Translations under genes and position numbers: made by a program
Shown: positions 61,578-64,000 of the stretch, one piece after another
Position numbering within the stretch: position 1 is the stretch's first letter
Layout of the letters: each line of letters starts with the position of its first letter
Assembly (NCBI RefSeq): GCF_900541895.1
Contig: NZ_UWSI01000001.1
Strand: one strand, 5' to 3'
DNA from: an uncultured Actinomyces sp.
GTDB lineage: Bacteria > Actinomycetota > Actinomycetes > Actinomycetales > Actinomycetaceae
Length of the DNA stretch: 64,000 nucleotides
The notes under the pieces: generated by a model
Databases searched by the model: none
The model's input: the letters and a program-made list of their open reading frames with translations, nothing else
Told to the model about the DNA's origin: nothing

Positions 61578-61934
61578 CTGGTGTCAATTTACCATTTGAT
61601 ACGCGAAGTGCGCCTACGCCTCCAACGGGATGTGTAGTGATTGTTGCGCCCTTTGTCGCGTGTTTACCTCTCACGCTTATTTGCCCGCTCCATTAACTGT
61701 GCTGTATGCGTAAATTCGGCACCCTTGTTGCGTAATCCTAAGAGACGTCGGATTGGTAATTGTTAGAAACGCGGCCCTGATAATGTCGGTGTTGCTCCAG
61801 GTTCTTGGGAAGGAGATTTGTCCTGGCCTCATTTCGCGTTCTGCTTGCCTGTATGAGTGTCCGCCCGTACACTTCCCGTTTGCTTTTGTTGTCGCGTATA
61901 GATTGTGGTCAATCACCGCCTGCGTTGGGCTCAT

Positions 61935-61954
61935 CCCCGTGCGTGCGGGGAAAA
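61935..61954. repeat. solitary type I-E-like CRISPR repeat palindrome (copy b)
   Basis: CCCCGTGCGTGCGGGGAAAA, an 18/20 match to the copy at 61263. Confidence 0.4.
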
Positions 61955-62082
61955 CAAGAATCGTCACAAGTGCCACGTGTGCTCAGAGAACTCACCCAAG
62001 ATAACACTGTAGCTAGTGCATTTCGCGCCATCGCAACCTCGCGCATTCGAAATACAGCCGATTCAGCGTCACTGCAATTCGC

Positions 62083-62260
62083 CGGGCATGACAAAGGCGA
62101 GAGACCCGAGGCCTGCCCGGGGTAAATGGTGGGCTGGCTGGCTTCCCTCGCCTTATGCAAATGTCGGGCCTTCAGCCTCCACTTTCTCTTGGCCATTTAT
62201 TTCAGGCTCGCGGGGGTACCAACCCGACAGGTCGAGCGTAACAGAGTTTTATCAGGAAAG
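62083..62260. repeat. ~185-bp repeat element, copy 2 (adjacent to the tRNA-Ser 3' flank)
   Basis: Same element as 60995..61183. It is followed by a terminator hairpin CTTGTGGCCCC-aacatcag-TTGGGGCCACAAG (62311..62343) and then tRNA-Ser. Confidence 0.75.
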
Positions 62261-62351
62261 CTAGGCTTTGCATGCACTCACAACACTGCGGACGTTCTGC
62301 CGAATAAAAAACTTGTGGCCCCAACATCAGTTGGGGCCACAAGCCTAAACG

Positions 62352-62438
62352 CGGTAGCGCAGGGATTTGAACCCTGGGTGGCTGTTACACCACACAGCAT
62401 TTCGAGTGCTGCACCTTCGGCCGCTCGGACACGCTACC
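62352..62438 (-). tRNA. tRNA-Ser (anticodon CGA), class II with long variable arm
   Basis: Minus-strand GGTAGCGTGTCCGAGCGGCCGAAGGTGCAGCACTCGAAATGCTGTGTGGTGTAACAGCCACCCAGGGTTCAAATCCCTGCGCTACCG: anticodon stem CAGCA/TGCTG, loop CTCGAAA, long variable stem-loop, T-arm CAGGG-TTCAAAT-CCCTG. A terminator hairpin follows downstream. Confidence 0.8.
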
Positions 62439-62516
62439 TCGGCACACCACAATAGCGGATCTGGCAGGATGGGGCAATTCCACGCCAACATAGACGAAGC
62501 GACCTAGACTGACGAC

Positions 62517-62888
62517 ATGGCAAAACGGCGTATCGATCCAGCAGAAGGCCACACCGCACTCCTCACGTGGTATCGCGCCCCCGAAGACGCTACGCGACAG
62601 ACTCTCTTCACCGCCGTACGCTACACGCTTGAAGAAATTGCCGAGCTTCACCCCGGTCGAGCCGTCGAACTCCGCGTTCCCCCGGCCGGTGCCACTCAGA
62701 TCCTCCCAGGAACAACTCACCGCCGAGGGACTCCCCCGGCGGTGATCGAAATGTCGCCAGAAACCTGGCTCAAACTCGCATGCGGAATGCTGGACTGGAA
62801 AGACGCGCTCTCCCACGGGGATCTTCAGGCCTCGGGACAGCGCACCGATCTGTCCACCTATCTTCCGCTATTTTCTAATTTGCGATAG
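62517..62888 (+). CDS. hypothetical protein, possibly SCP2/sterol-carrier-like (bacterial SCP orthologue) domain
   Basis: …MSPETWLKLACGMLDWKDALSHGDLQASGQRTDL… resembles the C-terminal helix-loop segment of SCP2-like domains. Weak. Confidence 0.35.
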   Translation: MAKRRIDPAEGHTALLTWYRAPEDATRQTLFTAVRYTLEEIAELHPGRAVELRVPPAGATQILPGTTHRRGTPPAVIEMSPETWLKLACGMLDWKDALSHGDLQASGQRTDLSTYLPLFSNLR

Positions 62889-63168
62889 CCGGCTGATCAA
62901 GATCCGACAGGATCTGCGACACGGCTTCAACCGGCGCAAACCACTTATTCGTCTTGTTCACCACTCCACGCTGAGCAACCGCCGCAATAGCTGCAGAGAC
63001 CGCGGCGAAGGTTACCACTGAAACCAAGGATGCCGTACCATCATCATCCTGAGGTGCGGCCTGACCTGTCACAGCCTTCCAGCCCAGCTCCGCAACCTTC
63101 CCGGCCACGAAACCTACGGCCATAGACAGCCCTGCGGTAATGAGTTTCTGACTGAGACTGCTTTCCAT
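62875..63168 (-). CDS. DUF4235-like small membrane-associated protein
   Basis: MESSLSQKLITAGLSMAVGFVAGKVAELGWKAVTG… matches the DUF4235 N-terminal amphipathic/TM pattern. Confidence 0.5.
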   Translation of the reverse strand: MESSLSQKLITAGLSMAVGFVAGKVAELGWKAVTGQAAPQDDDGTASLVSVVTFAAVSAAIAAVAQRGVVNKTNKWFAPVEAVSQILSDLDQPAIAN

Positions 63169-63314
63169 GATGACTCCTTGCATCAGATCGCATCGAACAC
63201 TCGATACCAACATTTTGCCCTATGACCGCGGGAATATCTCTCCTTCCATGCGCTATTGCTTAGACTGGTACGGTGCGAAAGACCAAGACCGCCTCTCCGT
63301 CCCTCCAACGCTCA

Positions 63315-64000
63315 GTGCATCTGCGCCGTCTTACCAGCACGCTCCTGGGCGCGCTAGCCCTCAGTGCGTGCTCTCCCTCCATCCCACAGGGAGCCCAATG
63401 GACGGATGACCCCTTCCGCACAGACTCAACGTCTTCAGCTCAGGGGCTCTCGGCCTCGGCAACGAAGAACCGTGCAGCCACAGGCAATACTGACGGAATC
63501 CCACGAGGAAGCGGAACCCTACGCATCGCTTACACACCCGGCTGGCGCCTCCCCACTGATTACATCTCTGCTTTCGAGGCCGCCAGTGGTTACACCATTG
63601 AGCAGAGCGAGTACGCTCCGAATTCTTCGCAAAATGCCGACGTCATCTTTGGTGTCGATTCAAAACAAGCCACAGCTTTGGGGACAGCAATCTCCATCGG
63701 CAATGACCCTGTATGTGCGTGGGCTGATCGCTCATGGTTCTCTGCAAATAGCAAGGCGCTCCCCTCTTCACTCAAGGATCTTTCTTCGGCAAACTTCGCC
63801 CCTCTGACCGCGATTCCTTCCCAGGATTCCGAGGCCGGCGCCGCGTTCGCTACGAAAGCCACCTCAGCCCTCGGCGAGGACTACGAGGGCTGGAAAGAAA
63901 ACCTGAACGACGCGCATTCGATCATTCCCTCCGCAGCGGAGGCCCTGGGGCAGTGGACCGCTACCCCTGCGGATGATCGTCTTTCGCTCATTTCGGGTGC
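63315..64000 (+). CDS. lipoprotein, probable ABC-transporter solute-binding protein (5' part; continues beyond the window)
   Basis: GTG start. VHLRRLTSTLLGALALSACSPS has a lipobox (LSAC). …GTLRIAYTPGW…ADVIFGVDS… are SBP-like segments. It is absent from the ORF track because it is unterminated. Confidence 0.5.
   Translation, partial: MHLRRLTSTLLGALALSACSPSIPQGAQWTDDPFRTDSTSSAQGLSASATKNRAATGNTDGIPRGSGTLRIAYTPGWRLPTDYISAFEAASGYTIEQSEYAPNSSQNADVIFGVDSKQATALGTAISIGNDPVCAWADRSWFSANSKALPSSLKDLSSANFAPLTAIPSQDSEAGAAFATKATSALGEDYEGWKENLNDAHSIIPSAAEALGQWTATPADDRLSLISG

Noticed and set aside
61263-61954. Possible CRISPR array
   Set aside because: Only two repeat-like palindromes, 672 bp apart, and no cas genes in the window. 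This is not an array; they are reported as solitary repeats instead.

Overview
This 64-kb window is high-GC (roughly 60%) chromosomal DNA from an Actinomycetota genome, with Actinomycetaceae/Bifidobacteriaceae-like features. The core is housekeeping: a partial rpoC with rpoB (TTG start), a complete HspR heat-shock regulon (dnaK-grpE-dnaJ-hspR and clpB, each preceded by perfect HAIR operators CTTGAGT-N7-ACTCAAG), murT-gatD, ung, xth, a PknB-type Ser/Thr kinase, an MsiK-like ABC ATPase, a two-component pair whose kinase carries a cNMP-binding domain, several transporters and regulators, and cell-surface proteins (an LAKTG sortase substrate, a GT2-GtrA fusion, a DUF2233 protein). Three tRNA genes (Met-CAT, Thr-TGT, Ser-CGA) all lie on the minus strand. 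Two of them sit beside clearly AT-rich, low-GC insertions bounded by long imperfect direct repeats. Island 1 (about 11.2-14.8 kb, at tRNA-Thr) has 153-bp repeats, a frameshifted tyrosine-integrase remnant and an ATGA-coupled two-gene module (a DUF3800-like protein plus an unknown 174-aa partner). I rate this module the best candidate for an undescribed defence or abortive-infection-type system in the window. Island 2 (about 61.0-62.4 kb, at tRNA-Ser) has roughly 180-bp repeats, two solitary type I-E-like CRISPR repeat palindromes 672 bp apart, and a very acidic 93-aa ORF that could be an immunity or anti-defence protein. Other notable items: a 1124-aa secreted protein with tandem ricin-B lectin repeats and an N-terminal domain carrying bacterial-sialyltransferase-like (KGHP) motifs, with a G8 tract just upstream; a G10 tract inside a GNAT gene; and several strong bidirectional terminator hairpins. 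All coordinates are 1-based in the window. Several start codons are chosen from ORF-track arithmetic and may be off by a few codons.
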